This document shows, in pieces, positions 36,920-52,200 of a stretch of 64,000 nucleotides of DNA; position 1 is the first letter of the stretch, and each line of letters starts with the position of its first letter. A program made the translations under genes and the position numbers. Source of the DNA: Klebsormidium nitens. Its lineage: Eukaryota > Plantae > Klebsormidiophyceae. The notes beneath the pieces are model-generated. The model saw nothing but the letters and a program-made list of their open reading frames with translations, made no database searches and had not been told where the DNA came from. The stretch covers positions 17,460 through 81,459 of the forward strand of contig DF237364.1 in the NCBI GenBank assembly GCA_000708835.1. The letters are read 5' to 3'.

Positions 36920-39900
36920 TCATGATTCGATATGTGAGAGGATGCCCTGCAAGTGGAGATTACACGCCTGATTGATGCCCACTTATTGGCGATGTGCCGG
37001 ATAAGTTTTTCAATTTGAGCGACCAAAAGACAAGTAGTCCTCCCGTGGACGAGACTAGAAACATTTGCTATTGAAAGAGATTGGGACGAAAAGGGCAAAC
37101 GAATAACAACAACCTCTCAAGAAAAACTGAAATCAGAAAGTGAAAGACGTCACGTAACGGCTTTAGCGGTCGACCTCGATGACTATCCAATGAAGCGTTG
37201 ATCGGCATTATGCGGCCATGACAAGAGTTTTACGTTCTCACTCCGTTCTTGAGAGGTTTGAGTGTGAAACGAATATTGTACAGCGTAGTGACCTTGAACA
37301 ATGAGAGGCTCCGCCTCAGCGCGCTTCGTGAGATGCCGCAACCGAAACAGGAAGACCTTGGGCAACGAAGAGGTGGACCTATAACGAATTGGGGCTCTCA
37401 TAAGCGCGCCCTGGCTTGTACTCTGAGCGACTTGACCTCGGCTCGGGCCCACACACTGCAGAGAGTTGAACGAAGGCGGAAAGGACGGGGCCTTAGGAGT
37501 GGAAGAAAGCGCGCCATTCCAATTCAAGGACAAGGCAATCCTGAGGCACTATGGGCGGTTGACCTATGCAATGAGTGGTTCGAGTTTGATGAATTGGCGC
37601 GTGCAGGTTACGACAGGCCAAAAAGGGGCCCAACCAGAGCAGAAATGAACCGCAAGAGTTGGAACGTGTGGGCTCCTGAGGCCGGTGGAAGTCGTTGAGG
37701 CGTGCCGACCGGCGCGATGAGCGGCTCCGCCCCGGCGCGCTGGCAGAAGTGCAGAGAGGCGAAACTAGGACGGACTCCTAGGACGGACTCGAACGGCATT
37801 GGGACGAATTTCGACAAAAAGAGGGCCTCAGAAAAGAATTCAAATTGCACGCTGACCTGCGCGATGAGCGGCTCGGCCTCGGCGCGCTTGATGAAGTGTC
37901 GCGTGTGCGGCACGAGGTGCACGACCTTGTCGTCCAGCAGCATGGCGCCCGCGTCGCGCAGCACCTGGCACTCGATGTACGGGTCCTTCGGGGGAAGCAT
38001 GTCCTGTGCCATTTGGGGATGTAAGGGCTTTGCTTCTTTTCTTCAAAATCGGAGACTTTGGGATCTGCGCCTTTGAGGTTTCCAAAACGGCGAATTTGAA
38101 TAGATGTACGGGTCCTTCGAGGGAAGCATCTTTTGCCATAGGGGTGGGGGGGTTGAGTTGCTAGAATCTGCGTCGCGTAAGGTTTACAGAGGCGATTTCG
38201 AACGAATGTATGGACCCTCCGGGGGATCATGTCCTGCAGCTCCTGCTACAGGGGTTGGGGGTTTGGATTGTATAACCTCAGCGTTTTCGAAGTTCAAAAA
38301 ACGACAACTCTGAATAGGCGGATGGATCCTTCGGGGGGCGCATGTCCTGCCAACGCGGATGGCGGTTCCGACATTGACAATTTGCGTCTTCGAAGTTGCC
38401 AAAATGAAGAATTTGAATGGATGTACCGGTCCTCCGGGAAGCGGATGTCCTGCTAAAGGCTTTCGGGGACGTAAGGGCTCTGGTTTTCTAAAACTTCGGT
38501 ACTGAGGAACTAAAACCTTTTTAAGAAACAAACCAGATGCGTACTTTGAGGGAGAGCCTGTCCTGTCACAGGGATTGAAGGTTTAAGGGCTTTGCTTCTT
38601 TCTTCGAAAACTGTAGACTTACACGGCTAAAAAATTCGGAGAAGCATGTCCTGACAAAAGGCGGAATTGCACAAGTGGCGTCGGGTTAAAAGGGTCCGCG
38701 ATGCAGAACCAATCGGCTTTTGAGTCATTTTCCTAATAGTCTATCCTAATGTCACGCCGACTTGGGCTTTACAACCATATGATGAGGGACATGAGGAAAA
38801 TTTCGCACACATGGCCTACGGCCTCTTGAAGACAACACGGTTTGTGGAATACAGGGCTTTCGAACACTACGGGTCCTTTCAATTTGAACTTTGCGCCAAA
38901 CGCAACAGAACCATCAGCAGTCCCTCGGAGCTCCAATGGTTGATTGGCCAACTTAAGGAACTTCGCAGGCGTTCTTTGAACCGTTAGTACCAAAAGAGGA
39001 GCGCATGTACTGAAACCCTTTTTTTTCTCCTCACCATGACAGCATTCACGATCTTCTATTTCAGCTCGTGCTACTCACCACCGTCAGGTCGATGCCGATG
39101 CCGTCCGGCCCCGTGCCCATGTACTCCCCCAGCAGCTTGTCGTACGCCTTGAAGCAGTCCCGCTCAGCTGCGCTCAGCTTCTCGGACACGTTTTCGGGCA
39201 GGACCGCGCCTAGTTGCCACCGCAGCGCACGCACCTTCTCAGCACGCGTGTTGCTGCCATGCGAGCAGACGACGGAGTTGAGTGTCACACAAGTGTGCAG
39301 GAAACTTGCTCTTTTGCTGGAATGATTCTGGTCTGGAGTCGATGCTGCCTTGAGCTTTCATCAACAGTTAGCAGAGTTTGTGCAGACTTTCGAACATCTG
39401 TGCAACAACCATTCAATCTTCCTCTCTGAAAGAAACATAGAATACAGCCTACTAGGTTGGAACAAAGAGTCCGGTTTCGAAGAGTCTTTGGGGCGACTTT
39501 TTGCTCGACGTTCTTTAAGCAGCGGAATCCCTCCAAGTAATTAGAGTCGCGCAAAAGAGAGAGTCATAGAACTCACGCATAGGCCAGCAGGCATCGCTTG
39601 TTGCGCAAGATGCTTTCGTGGTGAATGGCCACCGCAGCCCCGTCCTTTGGAGCCGCACCGGCGAAGCCGCTAGGTTCCTCGCTCACCCGACTTTACTCAT
39701 GCAGAGAAGCGGGTCACAGTGAGCAGATCTCAAAAGTGTCAGTGTGTCACATCTAGCTGGCCCCCAGTCGACCAGTAACATTACTCGGATTTCTTGTGAT
39801 ATTGTTTCTAACAAATAGGGGAGGAAGGGGGCAGTTGTGCCCCTTCTTTTCATTGCCTCCACTTAGAAACGAGACGGGAGGACAAGCGGTTTGAGATGGG

Positions 39901-40481
39901 AAACAGAGTCTTCGAGGACCACTGCATGTTTGCTTAGATGCAAGCGGCGGGCGAATATTCATCCACGGCGTTGCAGTAGAATTCCACGGCTTACCTAACG
40001 ATGTTTCTGATGTATGAGTAGTGCTCTCGAGTCTCCTCCAGCACCTGGCTCACCAGATCCTCCTGGAGATACGAAAACCGAGGTATTGGGTGAGATAGAC
40101 AATTAACAAAGTTGTCCGTTCTATCTGTATCAGAACTTCGTCCGACCACTTGACTATGGGAAAAACAGGTGTGATTTCGTACATTCTAAACACAAATTTC
40201 TCCCTCAACAGCCGAGTGATCCAGACAACGAAAAATATTCAAATCAAAAGGGGCCCTGCGAGCGCAGACCGGTTGCTTAGCGAAGCCGCCGGCATATAAT
40301 GCTATGAGTCCCGCATCGGGCGATAGCATGGGGAGAAGAAGGGCCCTTGCGCACAGTGGTTGATTGGTCTTGCAGGCAACTCATTAGTGAGGGATCCAGA
40401 GCGCACGTTGTAAGTGTTGATCTTGTCGGCGTCGGCGCGGTACTCCTCCCTGACCAGCTCCGCTGCCTTGCGCCCAAACAT
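36920..40481 (-). CDS. PSF1: GINS complex subunit PSF1/GINS1 (201 aa)
   Basis: Exons 40481-40407, 40062-39995, 39690-39577, 39253-39079, 38003-37857 and 36946-36920. Motifs MFGRKA, ILRNKRCLLAY, RAEKVRALRW, DMLPPKDPYI and KRAEAEPLIAQGILSHI. Confidence 0.93.
37170..37750 (-). repeat. Decayed tandem copies of the PSF1 exon-5 3' edge plus donor site
   Basis: Copies of (AAGCGCGCCGAGGCC)GAGCCGCTCATCGCGCAG|GTCA with anchors at offsets 147, 293, 441, 563 and about 674 from the real site. Confidence 0.8.
38100..38660 (-). repeat. Decayed tandem copies of the PSF1 intron-4 tail, acceptor site and exon-5 5' edge
   Basis: Six copies of CAG|GACATGCTTCCCCCGAAGGACCCGTACATC, with ATG-equivalent positions at 38129, 38230, 38343, 38446, 38559 and 38647 (real site 38000). 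Confidence 0.9.
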
Positions 40482-41771
40482 GCCGCCCCACTCTCACATG
40501 GGGCGGATTCCGTACCTACCCACCCCGCCCACTCCTGGAAGCACTCTGGCACCGCCCGCTGCAAAGTGGGGGCTTAGCCTGCAAAAGGGGGAGAAATGGC
40601 ACCCGATGGACTGATGCAAAGAAAAGGCTCCTTTGGACTATCTGGAGTGAACGGAGAGATTGAGTGAAAGTCCAGAAATCATGTGGTCTAGGGCGGCAAG
40701 CAGCATGTAGTGGAAGACAATCTGGGAACAAACAGAAAAGAGGCTTTGGATATTAAGGGCAGATAAAGACGAACATGCTTTCGGAGTGTACCAATGAAAG
40801 AGCCATTCCAAGTAAGAGAGTTCATCGTCAGAGTGTTGACTGCACTGGCAGACAGAAGCGGAGAGATGCATTGCTGCATGACAACTCTTGCACCAATCGA
40901 TAAGTGGTGACGAACAAGAATGGGCACCGACTCAGCCAAACCTGCCTACTTGCTGTGACGGGGACGAGCGCCTTACCCCTGTTAGATGCAAAACGTCTTC
41001 TTCAATCACTGGCTCTGATGCTACACCTGATGCATGCTATTGGCACAGTTCAGGTCGCCTGAATGCTGTTTGAGGCCCCTTTTTAGGAGTGCTTTCAGAT
41101 ACCACAATGATTGTGGATTGGACAGAGAATGCTAGCGGGTTTCAGGTGGTCGGCGCTGGTCAAAAGCTGAGTGTTCCACATAGCCCACGGGCTACAGCCC
41201 TTCCAGAACTTTGCAAAATCAGGCACGGGAGGGCTGCGCGGAAGCTCCCGCCCCTATTACGGTAGCTAGTGACCACTGTATGTTGCCTTCCTCCAACTCA
41301 GATCTGTTGCAAGTAAATGTAGATGATGATTATGAACCGTAAGTGAGGGCAGACAATGGAAGGCGCCTTGTGGCTGTGCTGTTTTCACTTTGTACAAATG
41401 CTCTATTTGGTCTTTTTACTCTTTTTCTGTGGAATGCATCATTATTTGGAGAGTCTTGTCGAACTACCCACCACTTTTATTGCCCGATGTGTTATTCGAT
41501 ACGAGAGCATTACCCAGCCCGACTTTCTTGCACGTGAAGCAGGCTGGTCATCAGCTGCTGCCAGCTGCTTCCCTGCTTGCAAATTTCTGAATCTGAAACT
41601 TGAAAGGTCGCCTGAGGCTGAAGGCTGAAGAAGCGAGGAGCAGCTCAAACCTTTGTACGTAGTTTTGTTGGTTTCAGTACCCATCGTAAGGTAAAGAAAG
41701 AACAGCTCTCAGGCGCGGCGCTTTTGCCGGTTGCTTCATTTGAGTTCCCCTTTTGTGTCTCGCTGTTGCGT

Positions 41772-45035
<3,264 letters not shown>

Positions 45036-46211
45036 TGGTCATCAAGTCCCTTTTTGGGATGTGCGCCCGCAACGTGGTCTCCTTCTTTGGTCACTCACTG
45101 CGTGCGCATTTCTACTGCACCACTTGCGGCAGCCCGGAAAGCTAGTGTTACAATCTTGAATGAATATATATCGCAGATGCGGCGTGCCGGGGCCGTGCAG
45201 AACTGTGCGCTCAATCTATTGTCACTTGTATGACTTGCATGCATATTGCATGGCTCGCGGCCGGCCATGCACGCCATGACTTATTTGTGAATCTGGTATC
45301 ATGCACATGCAAACTTGAAATGCTTTTGTGACCTTGACATTTGATCATGCAACTGGTATACGGCTGCAGTCACTGCGGCTCGCGGGAGGTATATATCATG
45401 TGAAGGAAGCACATGTGCAGAGCTAGTAGCTTATTCCGAGGCAAGTCACTCGTAAACGGGCCGGCCGTGCGGCTTGCCCGTGATGATCCGCGAGCTGCAT
45501 GGGGCCGCGCCGCGGGCTAGGTTAAAACGACTTAGTGCGTCTGGCTGGTCGCGACCGTCACCGGAATGATGCATGCCAGGAGTTCTGTTCGCTGACCCGA
45601 GGCGCCAATTGGTTGGTCCCCTATCATTGGCATCGATGTATATGGAATTGCCATCATGATTGACTCCATCCGTGTCAGTGTCATTGTTGGTTGGCCGCTT
45701 GCCGGGGTCGGTTGCTATGCACCACACATACGTGACTGTCACATGGCGTGCTCCTGTTGCATAAGATCTAGCGAGCCACAGTAGGTACTAGGGTAGTGTC
45801 GCTGCATCTGTTAGAAAGGCACTCACTTATTGAACGTGGATTCAAGTGGTGGATACGACTGGATCAACGTGACTTGTGAAACACGTAAACGAAAATTTGA
45901 GTACGGCAACACCAACGACAACGCTTGCTGTCAAGGGAAACGGCATGGGATCGCGCTCCGCGTGATCCTGCCACGGCTCGGCGCAAATGCATCCACGGTT
46001 CTCTGCGCCCAAGTGAACCTTTTCTCCAGTGAACCTTTTCTAAATCCTACGGTGACTTTCTAGACGCAGAGACCTGGCAAGCAAGCAATCTCTCGTCTGT
46101 CATTTGCAATCCAGGAGGTCATTCTGGACAGGCAACGGCAATACACCAACCGCCAACACAACCTATTTGACTTCCAGCAAGCCACCGCCCTCAAGTGAAA
46201 GTAGGGCCGCT

Positions 46212-49200
46212 TTAGTAGAGCCGCCCGGTGCAGCTGATTGCTCCACAATGGCAGGTTGCCTTCTTGATTGAGCCGTCCGGCTTCATGACGCTGTTCTTCT
46301 GGTAGCCGTAGTCGTAGCTCAGTTCCTGCGCGGCACAATGGTAGGAGTTTACAGAGGACGTAGGCCTGTTGCAATAAAGGAGTGCTCGCGTCGACCAACT
46401 GCTGAGCAGAAAAGCTGACGCCTGGAAAAGCCAGTCGAGGAAGCCAGTTTCTTACAATCTTTCTGGTTGAATGAAGTACATTTGTTGGTGTAGGGGATGA
46501 AAGCTGTACTTCGGCTCCCGACGACAGCCGCTGCTCACCAACATACGTATACAAGTTCGGTGCGCTTGTCAGGTGTCGCTTTTGGTCAAGCATCGGTCGG
46601 CAGACTTGATCGAGTTGTGGACGCAAGCCGTCACTCGAGAAAGCCAGAAAAGCAAGAATACAGATTCGGACCACACTGACCGTGACCTGAGAAACAGACT
46701 GCTTTGATTCGGATTGATGTTAAATGAGTTGGCCCCTGAACGCCAAAAGGGTCATCCTGAAACGTCCCGGTTGTTTGGAGACGGACGCTAGGGAGAGGTT
46801 ACATCATGCGCGCTCACCTCGAGCGGCTTGATGTTCTGCATGGCCACCAGGAAGAGGCGCGGCTCCCTGACGTCATGGTGCTCCACGAACACGCTCTGCA
46901 ATCGACCGGGGCACCAGAGTTAGTCAGAGGATCTAAAGAAACCTGAGCAGTGCTCAGTGCCGAGGTTTTGTCAGGAATTGGTACTAGGAAAACAGGTTCA
47001 CAAGCTTCCCCAACAATATGAGCTGATATTACCCCATGAGAACTCGAAAGCAGAGGTCAAAACGTGCAACTCCAAGCACGATTCAAGCGCTGATGAGCAT
47101 GTCAACATGTGGTCAATCGGCCAACGACGCAAGAACCCGGAATTCATGTCGGGCCTTTTCACACCGAGATATGACACCAATAACTTACACCGCCTCAGTG
47201 CACTGAAGTCTGAGCGCTGTCCGTGTTGTGGTTGGATACAAAGCACGATAGAGTACCTCAGGACCCGATCGCAGACCACCTCAGAACCCAGCCGTCAGCT
47301 CACCTTCGTTCTGAGACAGTCGCAAATGCGTGCCCTTCCATTGAACAAGCACTCACCGGGCTCAGAATCTGCGACCGCCATATCGGACTTGGACAGGGCG
47401 ACCAACACAAAATGAAGCTGCGATGACCGTCAAGAAGTGCGGAACATGTTGGACGAAGCTGCGGTTAAGCTAGAAGGAACTGCGGTCACCGGGCCATGAA
47501 CCCTCAAGTGAGTTATTTCACCTGGACGAAGAGGTTGGGGTCGCACGAGTGGTTGATGAAGCGCGTAATGTTGCCGAACTTGGCGGCGTCCAGGCACCAC
47601 TCCACGTCCTCGAAGTGCTCCTGCGGCAGACGGGAAAACGGCAGTGAGACGGGCCGTGAGCGGGGGAACTGGACAAAAGTGCGTCCTGCCCCAAGTGGCT
47701 TGCGGTCGGGGATAAGTTTAAAGGCTTTGACTTCGTGTCTGTGCGCTTTTCATGCGGTTGATTGAGCGCCAGCAAAGGAGTACATTCTGACAGCGAGTCG
47801 TGGGGGAAGACGTGTCCTGGACGCTCTTTTACAGCCGACCGGGACTGCTGCTTGACAAGTTCAGTGGGCTTTCTCCTAACTGAGACCCTTTTGTCCACGC
47901 AAGTATCGCTTAGACACTGCTTAATGACCGATAGGTTGGGGGACTTTGAGACAGATCAGCGGTAATGGGTGCGGTCTAATCCTGGCCCTAAGCGAGGAAG
48001 TACATGGCACCGGACACGTCTTGCACGCCGTTTCTTCCTCGGACGGACTATTCAGTTTTTTACGAGATACGGAGTCTGTTGCGGTGCACCTGTCTGTCAC
48101 CTGTTTGTTTGAGCCAGACCGAAACGGACTGCGGACTGCTAAACGAGCTCCGTTCATACAAAACTCGTCCGGCCCTACGCTTATATTCCTGGCGTCGACG
48201 ACGAGCTGGGATTTCAAGGATGCCTCAAAGAACAGTTTACGGGACAGCTAGCAATGGACAAAAGTATCCATACCTTGTTGGTCTCGTCCACCAGGTTAAG
48301 CTTCTTGGCCCGATCGTGGCGAACCTCCTGGCGACACATTGCAAGCACACGTTAGTGAGAAGCTCCGCACTTCTGTTGGTAGGAAGTAGGCGGAGCTGAA
48401 ATGGCATATGGTCTGAATCCTCAGAAGTGGAGGGGAAAATGACGCCTGCTCGCTCCAGGAACACGGTTCGGGTCAGCACAGGGCGATAAGCGCCCAAACT
48501 TTGTGTGCACCTGGTAGCACCAGGTGAAACTTTTCTTGATTTCTTGATTTGAAAGGGACGGGAGGATTCGTTAACAAGCCACTGAATTCATGCCTCCGCC
48601 CGGAAATTTAGACGCATAGAAACGATTGCTGCGACTAGGTTAACACCGAGCGAAAAGCGTGCGGTTGTAGCAGGGATGTTCGAGTAAACAATAGAGCACC
48701 TAAGAAACAGAGTTGGTCAGAACTCCACCCGTGCGCTTACAAGACAGCCCGGTGCTTCAATCACGCGACAAATCACCCTTTAGAACCACGTAGAGAACTA
48801 AGAAGAGCGGACTCTCTCTTTTTACCGCCTGACCAGAAGCTCGCAAGACTCGTCACCATCCTTGTCCGAGGTACAAAAGAAGCGAGAAACAATACCGACA
48901 ATCGTGACGAGAAGCAGCAACACTAGAGCGGAGCGGCTTCTCACGAGCGAGGTCTTGGCGGTGTCGAGGTTGAAGAGGTACATGTCGTCCCGGTTGCCCA
49001 CCTCGCTGTCGCGCAGCTGCTCCCCCACGTACTCGCACACCACGCTGCATGACGTCAGCAGAAGGGTCATTCTAGAGAATACTCGTTGTAGATCCACTTT
49101 GCCTGTGACTTTGTGCTTCAGGTGCTATAAATTTGACACTTAAAACGGGCTCACTGATTGCGACGAAGGACACAAGATGCGTGCTTCCGAGAATCGATGA

Positions 49201-52200
49201 GCGCCCATGTAATAAGAGCCACGCCAGCATGTTCATCGAGCTCCTATCGGACCGACAACTCTGAGGTTCGTTGGCGCCGATTCTGGTTCGAACGCGCAGA
49301 GCAAAACCAAGCAGGCCGGGACCAAAGTAGGAAGCAATGGAAGCTTTGTGGATTTCCGAACCTGATCGAAGGGCTCTTGGTGGGCAGTGCTGATTCTCAA
49401 GGTTGGTCGCTTACAATCACCAAGATTGCTCTTTGAGCTTCATCAGGACCTTCTCAGACAAAAAACTTACGTGTATCTTACGTGCGTTTTCTCATATGCT
49501 CAAGAACACTCGACGAATAAACCAGAGGGGCAGACTGTGTCGATATGCAGTCCATGCTCTTAGCAGACTGACGAGTCATGGATCGGTTCCTTGATCAGGA
49601 GATGCTTTCAACCGCACGGAAACTTCCACAGCCAGTTCAGCGAACAACAGACGGCCACGAAATAGTTGAACGGGCGACTCACGTGCCCTGGGCGATGTGG
49701 TTCCAGGAGCGCAGGCCCCAGCCCTTGTTGGAGGTGCGGAATACCTGAGGACGAACACGAGAGAAGGGGGCAAGCCCAATTTTTGCCCAGACTAGCGGAA
49801 GAAGAGAGGGATCTCTCTTGATAGGAAGCCCAAGAAAATATGCGGAAGAAGCGGCAAAGGAACGGCTTGCAACCACAGCAACCGAAAGGCGCCTTGTAAA
49901 CTTCTCAAAAAGAAACGCCACCCGGGCGTCTTGTGAGACTCTCACCTCCAGTTTCTGCGACAGCCCCCTCTGGCTGACCCGGTTCATGCACGTGGCGTAG
50001 CACGCGCACTGCGGGTTGCACTCGAACACGGCCGATGCACTCTGTGCGAGCCTGCAGCGAGACGGGGAAAGGGGGGAAGGTCATCTCTCGAGGGTTCAAA
50101 CTGGACCAGAGGTTTCGTCCGAGCCCGCAACGTAGTCAGGAGTTGCTTCGGGACATCCATTTGTACTCGAGGCTTTTGGCGGCCTTTCAGTTAGCCCAAG
50201 CGTGAACCAAGAAAGCCGTCCCGAAAATTAGTCAAGATGGACCGCCCCAAACTTCTCTTAGTCTGAAACTGAGATCCACCAAAAGGTGCACGATGGCAGC
50301 CTGTGGTATAACGGACGGAGACGAGATGATCCACAGAGGAGCGTAAAAGAGAAGAATCGAAGGATCAGGTGACGTGGCGAGTATCCGGATTCGTTTGACT
50401 GCTGCCCCGGCATAAGAGAAGGCCTCGGTCGAGGGCAGACCGCAGGTGCAGATGCAAGCGGCGGACGGGAAGAACGAGAATCACAAACTCCTGCAAAAGC
50501 GGGGACTTCAAACCGCACCACACAGACGAACGGTCGAAGTTCAATCCAATCATTCCAAAGGCAGTCGCTAGGATGCTAGATGCGCCTACCTGCCGTCGTC
50601 GACGTAGGGGAACTCCCCGCCGTTCTTCTTGGCGCAGGCGCACTTGTGACCGCGCGCATAGCTGCAGCCGCCCTTGCAGTCGCAGCCCTTGGGCGGGGGG
50701 GGCTCCACGTGGTCCGCCGGCTTGATGCTCTTCGTGATGTACTTGAACGCTGCAGTGAGTGGAATCGACGAGCTACGGCTTTTGGAAGGGCATCATACGA
50801 GTCTTATAACACAGTCAGCATTTTCACTCCAACAGCCAACCTTCCGTAGCTAAACGTGATGCGTGTTCACAGGACAGGGTGAAGCTTTCGCCGCTTGCGA
50901 GCGATGAGAAGAAACAGAAGACCTTCTTTAGAACCTTGGGGCTGGTTACATGTTGCGGTTGCCCATGTATTCTCAATTTGATCGGCCCCGCTGGAGCCCA
51001 ATTTCAGCTGTCGACAGTTGCAACAACCAGTAAATCCAAAAAAATCAGTGATCGAAATTCACGGAACCGAGTCGCTGTGTAGAGATGCCAGACAACGCAT
51101 ACTGTCCTGGGGGCTTTCCGCTAACCAACGAGGGCAAATCAAATCCGGGTTCCGATGCTCACGTGGTGGCAGCGCATCGTCGTCTTCGTCTTCGGGGTCA
51201 CAGACGACGGGCACCGGGAAGTTCTCCTGGCCGCCTGAGATGTCTGCGCACAGGATCCTGGCCGCAAAGAGAGAAAAAGATTAGACGGCAACTCTTATGC
51301 TTGTACGTAGTTGATGATCTCGGAACAGCTTCTTATCAGTAGACAACCCATGAGAGAGCATGCGATATGGCCGCTTTGGGGCACGGAGAAAAATGGTGCA
51401 CAAATCCTCGAACGGATCGCAGAGATAATTACGTGCTTGTGGAATGTCCGACTTTCACAAAACCTCTATCCGCAACCCTTCAAATCAAAAGGCCCGAATC
51501 GGAACCCAACAACGTGTCTTTGCTCAGAGAATCACGAAATGAGGATGGAAGACGGATGCATGTGATTTGGAAAAAGTTGGAGGCTTCAGGTTCTTGTGTC
51601 TAAAAACACCACTCGGTAAGGAAGCGAATAAGTTTCACTATCAGAATCTTGTAAGCGAAAAGCGAGAATCTAAGATTACCAACGACAACTTCTTGAGCGC
51701 AAAACTTGGACATCTAGACTGTTCGGCAGCAGAAAAGCGGGGAGACAAGTGTCAATAGGCGATTGAAAGACAAGCTGACACACCGAGGAAGAAGCGTAAA
51801 GCTTCTTGAGACTACCTCATTGCGAGATGAAACTGCAAGTATTGCCAGCATCAAAGTTACCTCATCTTCCGGCCACTTGGTGTCATCTTCTTCAGCTGGT
51901 CCGCTTTGGAGAAAAATACCTGCAGCATCCGTCTAGGCTTATTCTCGGCCTCAAGAACACATATAGCATTGTCTCCGCAGCTTCGATATCTTCCAATTCT
52001 GTCACTCTCCTATTGAGGACATAGCCTCTATTACGTTGAGTTGTCCAAGACACCAAAGACTGATGTTCCTGCTGATGCTGCAAAACAGCGCTAGAACGGA
52101 TGCATACTCTCGAGTTCTGGCCGAAAGGGTGATGAGCGGAAAGTGAAGTACAATGGACGACTCCCCTCCATACATACGGAATGAGTAGGAACTTTACCCG

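Noticed and set aside
38100-38660. CRISPR-like reading of the ~30-bp repeats spaced about 110 bp apart
   Set aside because: The repeats are degenerate copies of PSF1 coding sequence plus its splice site, the spacers are related to each other, the context is eukaryotic and there are no cas genes.
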